From contig JBBCHL010000002.1 in NCBI GenBank assembly GCA_037200825.1, positions 381,757-445,756 on the forward strand: a stretch of DNA of 64,000 bases, given 5' to 3'. Origin of the DNA: Edaphobacter sp. (GTDB taxonomy: Bacteria > Acidobacteriota > Terriglobia > Terriglobales > Acidobacteriaceae). The notes beneath the pieces were generated by a model, which was not told the origin of the DNA, did not search any database, and worked only from the letters and a program-made list of their open reading frames with translations. The position numbers and the translations under genes were made by a program. Each line of letters opens with the position of its first letter. Position 1 is the stretch's first letter. Below, piece by piece: positions 19,991 through 30,081 of the stretch.

Positions 19991-22900
19991 CTAGAAAGTG
20001 AACTTGCCTGCGAACTGCAGGATGCGCGCGTCGCGATAGCCCGTGATCTCACCGAACGTGCCAGATGTCGCGGCAGTGCCGATTGTCTGCACGTTTGTGT
20101 GATTTGCCGCGTTGAAGGCCTCCGCACGAAACTGGAAGTTCAACCGCTCCCAGATGCGGAAGTTGCGGAAGACGCCGAGGTCGAGCCGCTGGAATCCAGG
20201 GCCCTGAATCGTGCCGCGCTTCGCTGTGCCAGGCACGATGCTGGTTGGCGAGGGAGCGGCAAAGGCACCCGTATAAAACCACAACGCCGACGCCTGTTCA
20301 TAGGCCTTGCTGCCCTTGAGCTTCACACCATAACCATTGTTTGGGTCTCCGATCTGGTTGGGGCGAAGACCAGCATTCGTGTTGCCGAGCACGCTCAACC
20401 CGGCATTATCCGTCTCAACTCCGCCGTTTGGCTGGTTATTGAAGATGCTCGTAACACCGTTATAAGTGACCGTCGAACCACCGCTGGCGGAAACCGTCAG
20501 CGGAAGACCCGAGTTGATCGCGTAAATGGCAGAGATCTCCCATCCGCCGATCAAGTGGCCCTTCAGGCCCTTCTGGTCGCGGTACCACGGCAGTTCGAAG
20601 ACACCGTCCATGTTCAGGATGTTGGTGCGATCGACCGCCGCGCGTCCATAGTCTCCATTGATGTTGTAGATATTCTGGATGACTCCGGAGTAGTCGGCCT
20701 GCGCGTTTGTCAGGTCGCGTGACCAGGTGTAGTTCGCGTCAATGTAGGTGTGGCCGGAAAACCGCTTGGTCACCTTAACCTGCAGCGAGTTGTAGTTCGA
20801 GCTGAAGACTGATCGCATTGCATCGATCGCAAAGTAGCCAAGGTACGGCTTGATCTGGTTCAACACGCGATCGCACGTTGAATTCAGGAAAGCGGGTACA
20901 GCAGGAGTACCGAGGGTGCAGCCCGAACTTGCGCTTGTCGGTGTTACCTTCCCCACCCACGCGCCCGGCACTGGCTGGTTGATCTCGAGGATGCCCAGCA
21001 GGTGGGTTCCATGATCGCCAAAATAACCAACGTCCAGCATCAGCGTCGGCGTAACTTGTTGTTGCACGTCCAAGGAGTATTGCTGAACATACGGTGTTTG
21101 ATAGTTTAGCGGCGTTGCCCATAAATGATTCGGCGTTGTAGACGGAGCGGAGGAGCTGGCGCCGCCAGTCGGGTCATCCAGCACTGCATTGGTTTGCGTG
21201 TAGCTGGAGACAGCCGGGGGGTTAGGAACTAATCCACTACCGCCGAAGATTGTGGTTTCGTAATAGCTGACCTCGGCTTGGTCGTAAGACCATCCATAAC
21301 CACCGCGGAACGCCGTCTTCCCGTCGCCAAAGACATCGAAGGCAAAGCCGATGCGCGGCGCAAAATTATAGTTCTGCGCCGAACCGACCTTATTGCCATA
21401 CGGCGAGGCCTGATTATTGTTGGCAGCACTTGGATTTCCAAAGATCATGCCATTGATGTAATTGGGGCCAACATAATCGGCATTCGGATTTGGTGTAGTC
21501 GGCAAGCCTACATTGCTGCCCGACTGACTGCAGGGTGCAGTGAAGCAAATCAAGCCACTGCTGGCAATCGTCGGAGCCTTGGAGGCAGAATAGGTTGCCG
21601 GATCGAAGTTGCTCAGGTTGCCATTGGCATCCCACGGCTGGCCAAAATAGCTATAGCGAACCCCGAGATTCAACGTCAGGCGAGGAGTCGCCTTCCAGTT
21701 GTCCTGAAAATATCCTTCGTACAGCTCCGATTGGATATTGACTGAGAGGTTTTTCGACGCCTGGCTGAATCCATTGTTTGCATTTCCCGTAAGGAAGTTG
21801 GCGAAGGCCTGCGCTTCGTTCACGCCGTTGCCCGAATCCTGCGGCTGAATGACGACCCCACTGTAAGCAGCGTCGTTGAGGAATCCGAAGGAGCCCTGAT
21901 TGCCGCCGCTCGCAGAGTTTTCTTGTTTCTGGTAGTGGTTGTAAGAGAAGCCGGCAATCAACGTGTGGCCATGGAGCGTTTTTGTCACATCGCCGAAGGC
22001 CTGGTGGTTGACACCATGATCCACATAGACAACGCCGCCGCCAATCGTCGTCATGTTGCTGACACTGATGGTCGGAACCACTCCCGCCGTGCTGGTATAC
22101 GGCAATGGAATCTTAATATCAGGCGACTGCGATGAGAGTAGAGCTCCTTGCGGAGTCGTCAGAATCGAACCGTTCGAGTAGGCATAGCCAATGTTGACCA
22201 GGAGAGTCGGATTGAAGACGTAGGTCCCGCGGCCCAGGTGCTGCGTTCCCGGAGCCGTAGAGACCGTCGCCGAAAGACCGGGGATCGGCACCGAAATAAA
22301 AGTGCCCGACCCGGTGAAGGATGGGAAGGTGTCATGCATATAGCGATAGAACAGGCTCAGCTTCTGGCCGAACTGCTGATCGATACGCACAACGGTATTG
22401 TCGTTGTTGAAAGTATTTGGAATGGTTGATGTCAAGATATGCGGATCCAGGTTGTTGGCCAGGTCAAAGGCGCTCTGTGGCGCGGGAATAACGCTAAAGA
22501 TGTCTTTCAGATAACTCTGTGCGACAGGCGAGATGCTCGTAACCTTCGTTCCTTGCGCGGTGCAGGTACTCAGTTGATTTGTGGCGCTATACGTAAACGC
22601 GGTGCACACGTTAATGGGCTGTGTCGTCCATGTATTTCCAGCCTTGAATCCTGAGTTGCTGAAATCGCCGCCGCGCTCCGCAGTCGTCGGCACGAAGGCT
22701 TGGCCGGTGGTGTACGTCACCTCCCGAAGCCACTCTTCGGACACAAAGAAGAATGTCTTATTGCGGCCGTCATAGAGCTTCGGAATATAAACCGGGCCAC
22801 CAAACGAAAACCCGAAGTCGTTGTAGCGATACTTCGGAATACGCTGATGAAGGGTGTTGTTCAGGAAACCGTTCGCGTCAAAATAATCGTTGCGAAGAAA

Positions 22901-23707
22901 TTCATACGCGCTGCCGTGAATGGAGTTTGTACCGGACTTCGTAACAACGTCGATCTGTCCCGACGCATTGCGTCCGAACTGCGCGCTGTACTGGCCACGA
23001 AGGGTCTTGAACTCGGCGATCGCATCCGGGCTGGGATAGGTATAGAGGGTCAGGTTGGCGCCACGGTCCAGGTTATCGGCGCCGTCAATCGTCCAGTTGT
23101 TCGAAGTGGTGCGGCCGCCGTTGATGGAGAAGGCCACCGTGCTGGAACCGCCGGTTGGACTACTTGGGCCGCGATTGAGTTGATCGCTGGCGCCGCCAAA
23201 GGCAACGCCCGGCTGAAGGTTGATCAGGCTCTCGTAGTTGCGCGTAATCAGCGCGAGTTGGTCGATCTGCGTGCTGTTAATCAGACCGGCGGAAGTAGCA
23301 TCTGCCAGGTTCAACTGGACCTGGTCCGCCGTCACCGAGACCGTCTCTTCCGCGCTGCCTGGAACCAATGCGCGATTCACGGTCAGCGCATCCGCAACGT
23401 GCAGCACCAATCCGCTCTCGACCTCTGTCTTGAAACCGCTCGCAGCGACCGTAACAGAGTATGTCCCCAACGGCAAAGCCGTCGCCGTATAGTAGCCCGC
23501 GGAGTTTGTCGTCAGAGTACGGATATTCTGCCCGCGATCCGTATTCCGGATCGTCACCTTCGCACCCCTCACCGTGGCGCCGCTCGAATCCGTAATGGTT
23601 CCGCTGATGCTGCCCGTCGTATTGTCTTGTCCCCAGGCCACACCGCAGAACACCGCCAGAATAGCTGCCCACACCAACGTGCATAGAGAAATTCGTTGTT
23701 TGGTCAT
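19991..23707 (-). CDS. Oar-like TonB-dependent receptor with N-terminal carboxypeptidase-regulatory-like domain
   Basis: Signal peptide, GSISGTITDSSGA, TKSGTNSIHGSAYEFLRN, NFAPRIGFAFD, C-terminal RILQFAGKFTF. Confidence 0.93.
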   Translation of the reverse strand: MTKQRISLCTLVWAAILAVFCGVAWGQDNTTGSISGTITDSSGATVRGAKVTIRNTDRGQNIRTLTTNSAGYYTATALPLGTYSVTVAASGFKTEVESGLVLHVADALTVNRALVPGSAEETVSVTADQVQLNLADATSAGLINSTQIDQLALITRNYESLINLQPGVAFGGASDQLNRGPSSPTGGSSTVAFSINGGRTTSNNWTIDGADNLDRGANLTLYTYPSPDAIAEFKTLRGQYSAQFGRNASGQIDVVTKSGTNSIHGSAYEFLRNDYFDANGFLNNTLHQRIPKYRYNDFGFSFGGPVYIPKLYDGRNKTFFFVSEEWLREVTYTTGQAFVPTTAERGGDFSNSGFKAGNTWTTQPINVCTAFTYSATNQLSTCTAQGTKVTSISPVAQSYLKDIFSVIPAPQSAFDLANNLDPHILTSTIPNTFNNDNTVVRIDQQFGQKLSLFYRYMHDTFPSFTGSGTFISVPIPGLSATVSTAPGTQHLGRGTYVFNPTLLVNIGYAYSNGSILTTPQGALLSSQSPDIKIPLPYTSTAGVVPTISVSNMTTIGGGVVYVDHGVNHQAFGDVTKTLHGHTLIAGFSYNHYQKQENSASGGNQGSFGFLNDAAYSGVVIQPQDSGNGVNEAQAFANFLTGNANNGFSQASKNLSVNIQSELYEGYFQDNWKATPRLTLNLGVRYSYFGQPWDANGNLSNFDPATYSASKAPTIASSGLICFTAPCSQSGSNVGLPTTPNPNADYVGPNYINGMIFGNPSAANNNQASPYGNKVGSAQNYNFAPRIGFAFDVFGDGKTAFRGGYGWSYDQAEVSYYETTIFGGSGLVPNPPAVSSYTQTNAVLDDPTGGASSSAPSTTPNHLWATPLNYQTPYVQQYSLDVQQQVTPTLMLDVGYFGDHGTHLLGILEINQPVPGAWVGKVTPTSASSGCTLGTPAVPAFLNSTCDRVLNQIKPYLGYFAIDAMRSVFSSNYNSLQVKVTKRFSGHTYIDANYTWSRDLTNAQADYSGVIQNIYNINGDYGRAAVDRTNILNMDGVFELPWYRDQKGLKGHLIGGWEISAIYAINSGLPLTVSASGGSTVTYNGVTSIFNNQPNGGVETDNAGLSVLGNTNAGLRPNQIGDPNNGYGVKLKGSKAYEQASALWFYTGAFAAPSPTSIVPGTAKRGTIQGPGFQRLDLGVFRNFRIWERLNFQFRAEAFNAANHTNVQTIGTAATSGTFGEITGYRDARILQFAGKFTF

Positions 23708-23903
23708 CGGTCTGATCTCCTCAAAGAATTGAAAGCACTGCCGAACTTTTGCCGGCTACTAGTTGAAATGCCTCGGGCTATCTCGAACGGAAACCGCTCG
23801 GCTAACCCAAAGGCATCGGCTTACTCTTACTGGACGATCTTGGAAAGATACCTCAGTAAATTCCTAACCGAACCGTCTTGTCAACCTGATGCTGAAGACC
23901 GGA

Positions 23904-25166
23904 TCACTCAGGCAACTCTGTTCCGCAAGTCTCCGGCAGCATCAAGACGCTTAACGCCATCAGAAGATAGGCAGCCGCGGCAAATATGGCGATCGCCTCA
24001 CCTAGTTGTCTGTGTGCGGCAACGTACCCAACCAGAGCAGGAAACAAAGCACCGGTGCCACGACCCAGGTTGTATGCAAATCCCTGGCCCGATCCCCGCA
24101 CCGTAGTCGGAAAGAGCTCAGAAAAAAAAGCTCCCATCGGACTGAATGCGCCTGACGGAAAGAATCCGAGGGGAAACCCGAGATACAGGATCGTCGTATT
24201 GCTTACTGGCAGCACCGTATAAAGCAGCACCGTCGTAAACGACAACACTGCGAACACGATCAGCGTCCACTTCCGGCCGATCCTGTCGGAGAGATGCGCC
24301 GCCGTCAGATATCCCGCAAACGACCCCGCGATCACCACCAGCAGATACCCTCCCGTGTGCAACGCCGAAAGCCCACGGCCGTTCAGATAAAGCGGCAGCC
24401 ACGTATTGATTGCGTAGTAGCCCCCCTGCGCTCCGAGCGCCACGAGCGACGCCAACAACGTAGTCCTGAGCAGCGCAGGAGAAAAAATCTGTAGAAAATT
24501 TCCTTTGTTCGCTCTCTTCTCCGCCCTGGCACGCTCAAAGACATCCGGCTCCCGCACATGGCCACGAACCCAAACCGCCAGCAACGCAGGCAACAAGCCA
24601 ATCCAAAACATCGCCCGCCATGCCATCGTCGGCGGCAACACTGCGAAAAAAAGCGTATAAAACAAAGCCGCAATGCCCCAGCCGATCGCCCATCCACTCT
24701 GTACCGTTCCCACCGCCCGCCCGCGATATTCGCGTCGAATCGTCTCGCCGATCAGCACCGAACCCACTGCCCACTCACCGCCGAATCCAAGACCCTGCAA
24801 ACCACGAAGCACTAAGAGCTGCGTGAAGTTCATCGCAAACCCACTCAGAAATGTGAAGACAGCAAACCAGAGAATCGTAAGCTGCAACACCTTTACTCGC
24901 CCAAACCGGTCCGCAGCCAGCCCCGCCAGCCATCCGCCCACCGACGACAACAGAAGCGCCGAAGTCCCCAACAACCCTGCCCCGCCTTTGCTGATGTGCC
25001 ACAACACAATCAGCGTAGGCAGCACAAAGCTGTAGACCATGACATCCATACCGTCGAGCATCCAGCCGGCAAACGTCGCGACCAGCGCAGAGCGCTCCAC
25101 CGCGGTGATCTGCGTAAACCACGCCCTCGTCGTTCCGGCTCCGTGCTGGAGTTTCAATTCACTCAT
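23904..25166 (-). CDS. MFS transporter (organic-acid/sialate-type)
   Basis: GWMLDGMD, ADRFGR, GLGFGGEW, ELFPTTVRGSGQG, LPET. Confidence 0.9.
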   Translation of the reverse strand: MSELKLQHGAGTTRAWFTQITAVERSALVATFAGWMLDGMDVMVYSFVLPTLIVLWHISKGGAGLLGTSALLLSSVGGWLAGLAADRFGRVKVLQLTILWFAVFTFLSGFAMNFTQLLVLRGLQGLGFGGEWAVGSVLIGETIRREYRGRAVGTVQSGWAIGWGIAALFYTLFFAVLPPTMAWRAMFWIGLLPALLAVWVRGHVREPDVFERARAEKRANKGNFLQIFSPALLRTTLLASLVALGAQGGYYAINTWLPLYLNGRGLSALHTGGYLLVVIAGSFAGYLTAAHLSDRIGRKWTLIVFAVLSFTTVLLYTVLPVSNTTILYLGFPLGFFPSGAFSPMGAFFSELFPTTVRGSGQGFAYNLGRGTGALFPALVGYVAAHRQLGEAIAIFAAAAYLLMALSVLMLPETCGTELPE

Positions 25167-25252
25167 CTCTGTTCGTCATCCTGCAGCGCAGCGGAGAAAA
25201 TCCGTTGTTGCTGCTATCGTCTAGCTTTGTTCGCACTCAAAAAATCTCTCCG

Positions 25253-26848
25253 CTACTTCTTTTCCGTGGCCGCTCCCCATCCTCCGCCGCCCGGTGTCTC
25301 CATGCGGATCACATCGTTCTTGCTGACCTGCAGTGTGCACTTCCCCGGAAGCTCCGTCGCTTCCCCATCTGCTGTAATCCACTGCGCCCTGCCCGTCGCG
25401 CCATCTCCTCCGCCGGCCAGTCCATACGGAGAAAACCGTCTCCGGTCACAGAGCAAATTCACCTGTGCCGGCGCCAGCAGTTCGAACTCGCGTACAAGAC
25501 CATCTCCACCGCGAAACTCTCCCACGCCACCTGATCCTCTGCGATACCCATAAAATCGCATGCGAAACGGATACGCATACTCCAGCGCCTCAATCGGCGT
25601 ATTCAGCGAGTTCGTCATGTGGCAATGAATCCCATCGATTCCATCTATCCCCGGCCGCGCACCCATCCCACCTGCAGTCGTCTCATAGTACGTAAACGGA
25701 GCACCCGTTCGCGGGTCAACCCCACCCACCGTCAAATTACTCATCGTTCCATAACTCGCCGCGGGCACTCGCTGCGGAGCCGCCTTCGCCAACGCCCGGA
25801 GCAGCGCATCCGTAATCCGCTGGCTTGCCTCAACATTCCCTCCTGCCACCGGAGCCGGAAGCGTGGCATTCACAATCGTTCCCAGCGGCGCCGTCACCTT
25901 CACCGAATTCATCAGCCCCGCCGTGGCGGGAGCATCATCGCTCAACAAACACCGCAGCATATAGAAGCAGGCCGAATACGTAATCGGATAAACGGCATTT
26001 ACGTTTCCCTTCACCTGCAGCGACGACCCAGTGAAGTCAATCTCCGCCGCACCCGCCGCCGGATCAAATCGAATCGACACCGCAATCCGTATCGGTTCGT
26101 CGGTTACGCCATCGCCATCCAGAAAATCTTCCGCTTCAAAAACTCCCGCCGGCATCTTGCGAAGCTCCGCGCGCATCAGCCTCTCCGAATAGGCCAGCAA
26201 CTCCTCCACCAGCTCATTCACCTTCGCGAGCCCATACTTCGCAACTACTTCCTTAATCCGCCGCTCCCCAACACGGCACGCGCCAATCTGCGCCGCCAGG
26301 TCCCCCTCACGCTCTGCCGGCGTTCGCACATTCGCAAGCAGCAGCGACAAAATATCGCGATTCATCACGCCCTTCGTCATCAAACGGACTGGAGGAATCC
26401 GAATCCCCTCCTGATAGATCTCCTGCGCAGGGCCCATCGATCCCGCGTGCATACCCCCCACATCGGCATGGTGTGCGCGCGAAGCTGCATAAAACGCAGG
26501 CCTCTTTGAACCTCCAAAAAAGATCGGCAGCACCAGCGTAATGTCAGGCAGATGGGTCCCTCCCGCATAGGGATCATTCAGAATCGCAATATCGCCCTCT
26601 TCCAGTTCCATTGCGTCGACGACAGCCTTCACCGACATCGGCATCGCACCTAGATGCACAGGCATGTGGTCGCCCATCGCAATCACTCGCTCATATCCAT
26701 CAAACAGAGCGCACGAATAGTCGCGCCGCTCTTTGATATTCGGTGAGATCGAAGTCCTTCGCAGCGCCGCGCCCATCTCCTCCGCGATCGAGTGCACTGT
26801 GCTCTGAAAGATCGCCAGTTCTATCGGACTCCGCGCCGCGTCGCTCAC
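25253..26848 (-). CDS. Hydantoinase B / 5-oxoprolinase subunit
   Basis: SPNIKERRDYSCA, HMPVHLG, NDPYAGGTHLPD, HHADVGG, TPGGGGWG. Confidence 0.95.
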   Translation of the reverse strand: MSDAARSPIELAIFQSTVHSIAEEMGAALRRTSISPNIKERRDYSCALFDGYERVIAMGDHMPVHLGAMPMSVKAVVDAMELEEGDIAILNDPYAGGTHLPDITLVLPIFFGGSKRPAFYAASRAHHADVGGMHAGSMGPAQEIYQEGIRIPPVRLMTKGVMNRDILSLLLANVRTPAEREGDLAAQIGACRVGERRIKEVVAKYGLAKVNELVEELLAYSERLMRAELRKMPAGVFEAEDFLDGDGVTDEPIRIAVSIRFDPAAGAAEIDFTGSSLQVKGNVNAVYPITYSACFYMLRCLLSDDAPATAGLMNSVKVTAPLGTIVNATLPAPVAGGNVEASQRITDALLRALAKAAPQRVPAASYGTMSNLTVGGVDPRTGAPFTYYETTAGGMGARPGIDGIDGIHCHMTNSLNTPIEALEYAYPFRMRFYGYRRGSGGVGEFRGGDGLVREFELLAPAQVNLLCDRRRFSPYGLAGGGDGATGRAQWITADGEATELPGKCTLQVSKNDVIRMETPGGGGWGAATEKK

Positions 26849-28809
26849 GCGTGCACCTCGATTACCAGATTCTCCAAACCATCCACGCGCAGAACATCGC
26901 CCAGCGGCAGCACAGTCGCCGAGCTGTACTCCGAAACAATCGCCGGTCCTGCAAATGTATCTCCCGGTCGCAGCAGCTCGCGGTTATAAACACGCGTCTC
27001 ATGAAAGCGATCATCGAAATAAACCGGCCGCGTACCAATCAATGCCTGCGATCCATCGCCTTCCACAAGCGCTTGCATCACCGGCGCAAACTTTTCCGCG
27101 GCACTCACCATCCGCACGCGCACATTCACCACCTCAAGCGCCCGCGTCTCGCTCGCAAACCCGTAACGCCGCTGATGCAGATCATGAAACTCTGCCGCCA
27201 TCCCCGGCCCAAACGGCACATTCAACTCGTACCCCTGCCCACGATACCGCAGATCCACCGAACGAAACGCCAGCCCCGTCAAACCCTCCGCGCGAAACTC
27301 CTCTACCCCAACCTGCTCCATCTCACGAAACACATTCTCCAGCGAAGCCTCTACCGGCAGCATCACCGTGCGCGAATACTCCCGCATCGTATCTGCAAGC
27401 AGAATCCCCACAGCAGACAAAGCTCCAGGCAGCGCCGGCACCAGCACGCGCGGCACGCTCAGCGCACGCGCCAGCGAACAAGCATGCACCGGGCCACCAC
27501 CGCCAAAAGCCACCAGCGTAAAATCCCGCGGATCATGTCCACGCTCCACTGAGATCACCCTGATCGCTTTCGCCATAGAAGTCTCAATCACCTGCAGAAT
27601 CCCCGCCGCAAACTCTTCCACCGTAGTAATCGACCCCTTCGCCTTCGCCATCCACTGCATCATGCGCTCGCGGTCCAGCTTCACCGAGCCCCCAAGGAAT
27701 CGCTCTGTATCAAGCCGACCCAACGCAAGGTTCGCATCCGTCACGGTTGGCTGTTCGCCTCGCCCAAAACAGATCGGCCCGGGCATCGAACCCGCACTCT
27801 CTGGACCCACCCGCAGCATCCCGCCCGCATCAAACCGTGCAATCGACCCGCCACCCGCGCCCGCCGTATGAATGTCCAGCATCGGCACGCCAATCGGGAT
27901 CCCCGACACCATCGACTCATTGCTGATACGTAGCCCGCCAGCACTCGCATCCACCAAACAAACATCTGTCGAAGTCCCACCCATATCAAAACCAATAATG
28001 CGATCGAACCCAGCCAGCGTAGCCAGCTTATAAGCTCCAATCACACCACCCGCAGGCCCTGACAGCACCGTCCTCACCGGCTCGGCCGCAGCCAGTCTTG
28101 CCGGAATAATCCCGCCCGAAGACTGCATCACCTCCAGCCGCGCTTCGTCGTATGCCTCCTCCACACCCTTCACCAGATTGGTTAGATACGCCCCCATCTT
28201 CGGCGCAAGATAAGCATTTGCGACAACAGTTGACCCGCGTTCATACTCACGAAACTCCGGCAGAATCTTATGCGACACCGACAACGGCAGCCCCAGCTTC
28301 TCCAGCGCTCGCGCAACCTCACTTTCATTCTTCGAATTTGCAAACGAGAACAGCAGCGAAATCGCAACCGCATCGACATCTGCTTCGCCAATCGCGCGCA
28401 CCAGTTCCTCTAACTCCGCCGCATTGACCCCGCGAACGATCTCGCCCTCAGCGTTCGTCCGTTCCGTCACGCCAAAACGCAACTCCGCCTTCACCAGGCA
28501 CTCCGGAGCAGGCTGAAACCAGTCATACAACTTCGACCGCGCCTGTCGCCCAATCGCAATTGTGTCCTCAAACCCCTTCGTCGTCACAAATGCTACTCGT
28601 CCACCCTTGCGTTCGAGCATCGCGTTTGTTCCCACCGTCGTTCCATGACGAACCACAACCTGCGGTCCCGCCGCGATCTGCCGCAGCCCATTGAGCACCG
28701 CCAACCCCGGGTCCTGCGGCGTAGAAAAAACCTTCAGCACCACAAACTGCCCGTCCTGCATATAAACGCAGTCCGTAAACGTGCCCCCGGTATCAATCGC
28801 AACGCGCAT
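26845..28809 (-). CDS. Hydantoinase A / 5-oxoprolinase ATP-binding subunit
   Basis: DTGGTFTD, HGTTVGTNA, LSGPAGGV, DMGGTSTD, GAGGGS. Confidence 0.95.
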   Translation of the reverse strand: MRVAIDTGGTFTDCVYMQDGQFVVLKVFSTPQDPGLAVLNGLRQIAAGPQVVVRHGTTVGTNAMLERKGGRVAFVTTKGFEDTIAIGRQARSKLYDWFQPAPECLVKAELRFGVTERTNAEGEIVRGVNAAELEELVRAIGEADVDAVAISLLFSFANSKNESEVARALEKLGLPLSVSHKILPEFREYERGSTVVANAYLAPKMGAYLTNLVKGVEEAYDEARLEVMQSSGGIIPARLAAAEPVRTVLSGPAGGVIGAYKLATLAGFDRIIGFDMGGTSTDVCLVDASAGGLRISNESMVSGIPIGVPMLDIHTAGAGGGSIARFDAGGMLRVGPESAGSMPGPICFGRGEQPTVTDANLALGRLDTERFLGGSVKLDRERMMQWMAKAKGSITTVEEFAAGILQVIETSMAKAIRVISVERGHDPRDFTLVAFGGGGPVHACSLARALSVPRVLVPALPGALSAVGILLADTMREYSRTVMLPVEASLENVFREMEQVGVEEFRAEGLTGLAFRSVDLRYRGQGYELNVPFGPGMAAEFHDLHQRRYGFASETRALEVVNVRVRMVSAAEKFAPVMQALVEGDGSQALIGTRPVYFDDRFHETRVYNRELLRPGDTFAGPAIVSEYSSATVLPLGDVLRVDGLENLVIEVHA

Positions 28810-28833
28810 CAAAAGCCCTCATCATCCTTCGCC

Positions 28834-30081
28834 TCAGTGCTTCGCCAAAGAAGCCTGCGCGTTGTTCCCCGGCACACCCGCCTGCGCGAGATTCTCATAG
28901 AGCAGTGCATACGTCGCCAGCCAGTGCGTCCCCAGATAGCCCGCCGCGCCGATCTTGTCGTACCCCTGCTTCCCGTTGATCGTCGCGAGCCGCTCGTACA
29001 CGGCAATTCGCAGATCACCTTTTGGCAGACTCTGCGCAATCGTCAAAAAATCCGCAGCACGTTGAAAGTTCAGCCCAATCAAATGAGCATTCGGCAGCCC
29101 TTCCTCATCCGTTCCTGTCGTATCGCGGTTATTCCCGTGCACCGCATCGATATCTTTCCCGTACTGCTGAAACTCCTCCGAATACACGGGCGGCAAAAAT
29201 CCATCCAGCCACTTCGCATAGGTCTCCGGAGTCATCACACGCCCCATCAGCGCCGCCTCCGCCAGGCATGGCGATGCGAAATCCCCAAACACCGGCTCTA
29301 ACGCTGTCGCGCAACCCTTGTCATTTCCGTACAGCCGCATCGCCGTCTCATGCACAGCCGTCTCCAGCGTCTTATCCCCGGTCTGCTTTGTGTAATCCAG
29401 TACAAACCCCATATCCAGCGCTGTATTCGGATGCACCCCAACCCGCACCGGATAATTCAAGCTATGCAGGTACAGCACATATTGCTCTGAAACCCACTTC
29501 GCCAACGGTTCCAGCACCGTCGCGGCGCGCTGTCCATCGGGATCGTTCCACGTCTTCATCTCACCATAAAGCTTCAGCAGCCACGCATAGCCATAGGGTT
29601 TCTCGAAGTCCGCACCTACTCCCTTCAGCTTCGTAAAATAATCCAGCTCCCCATCAATATTCTGCTTCTGCAAGTGACTCGTTAGCTGATTCCGAATCGC
29701 CGGCGCAACCGCAATCGTCGGGTCAGACTTAATCAGCGAGATCATCATCCACATCGAATTCACCGCCGAGTGCCAGTCAAAGCATCCATAGAACGCGCGG
29801 TGCTTGTCATAGTCCTCAAGAATCTGCGGCTTCCCATCACGCTGCCACAGATACCCCGGACGAATAATCCCGACAGCATGCGGATGGTCCTCGCACCCCA
29901 GCGGATTCGCAGCCAGCGCCAGCCGTTGCACCTCGCCATACGCCGGAGGCCCCGGATTCGGCAGGCTCTTCAAATACTCATGAACCTTCGCCGCATCGCT
30001 CTGCGCCAGCAGACTCCCCGCGCCTGCAAAGCAAACCGTAACCACTCGCAGCAAACTCCGCATCACGTCATCTCTCATCAC
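28834..30081 (-). CDS. DUF2891 family protein (signal peptide), paralog 2
   Basis: AFYGCFDWHSAV, FEKPYGYAWLL, HPNTA, SPCLAEAALM, AHLIGLNFQRA, YLGTHWLATYA. Confidence 0.88.
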   Translation of the reverse strand: MMRDDVMRSLLRVVTVCFAGAGSLLAQSDAAKVHEYLKSLPNPGPPAYGEVQRLALAANPLGCEDHPHAVGIIRPGYLWQRDGKPQILEDYDKHRAFYGCFDWHSAVNSMWMMISLIKSDPTIAVAPAIRNQLTSHLQKQNIDGELDYFTKLKGVGADFEKPYGYAWLLKLYGEMKTWNDPDGQRAATVLEPLAKWVSEQYVLYLHSLNYPVRVGVHPNTALDMGFVLDYTKQTGDKTLETAVHETAMRLYGNDKGCATALEPVFGDFASPCLAEAALMGRVMTPETYAKWLDGFLPPVYSEEFQQYGKDIDAVHGNNRDTTGTDEEGLPNAHLIGLNFQRAADFLTIAQSLPKGDLRIAVYERLATINGKQGYDKIGAAGYLGTHWLATYALLYENLAQAGVPGNNAQASLAKH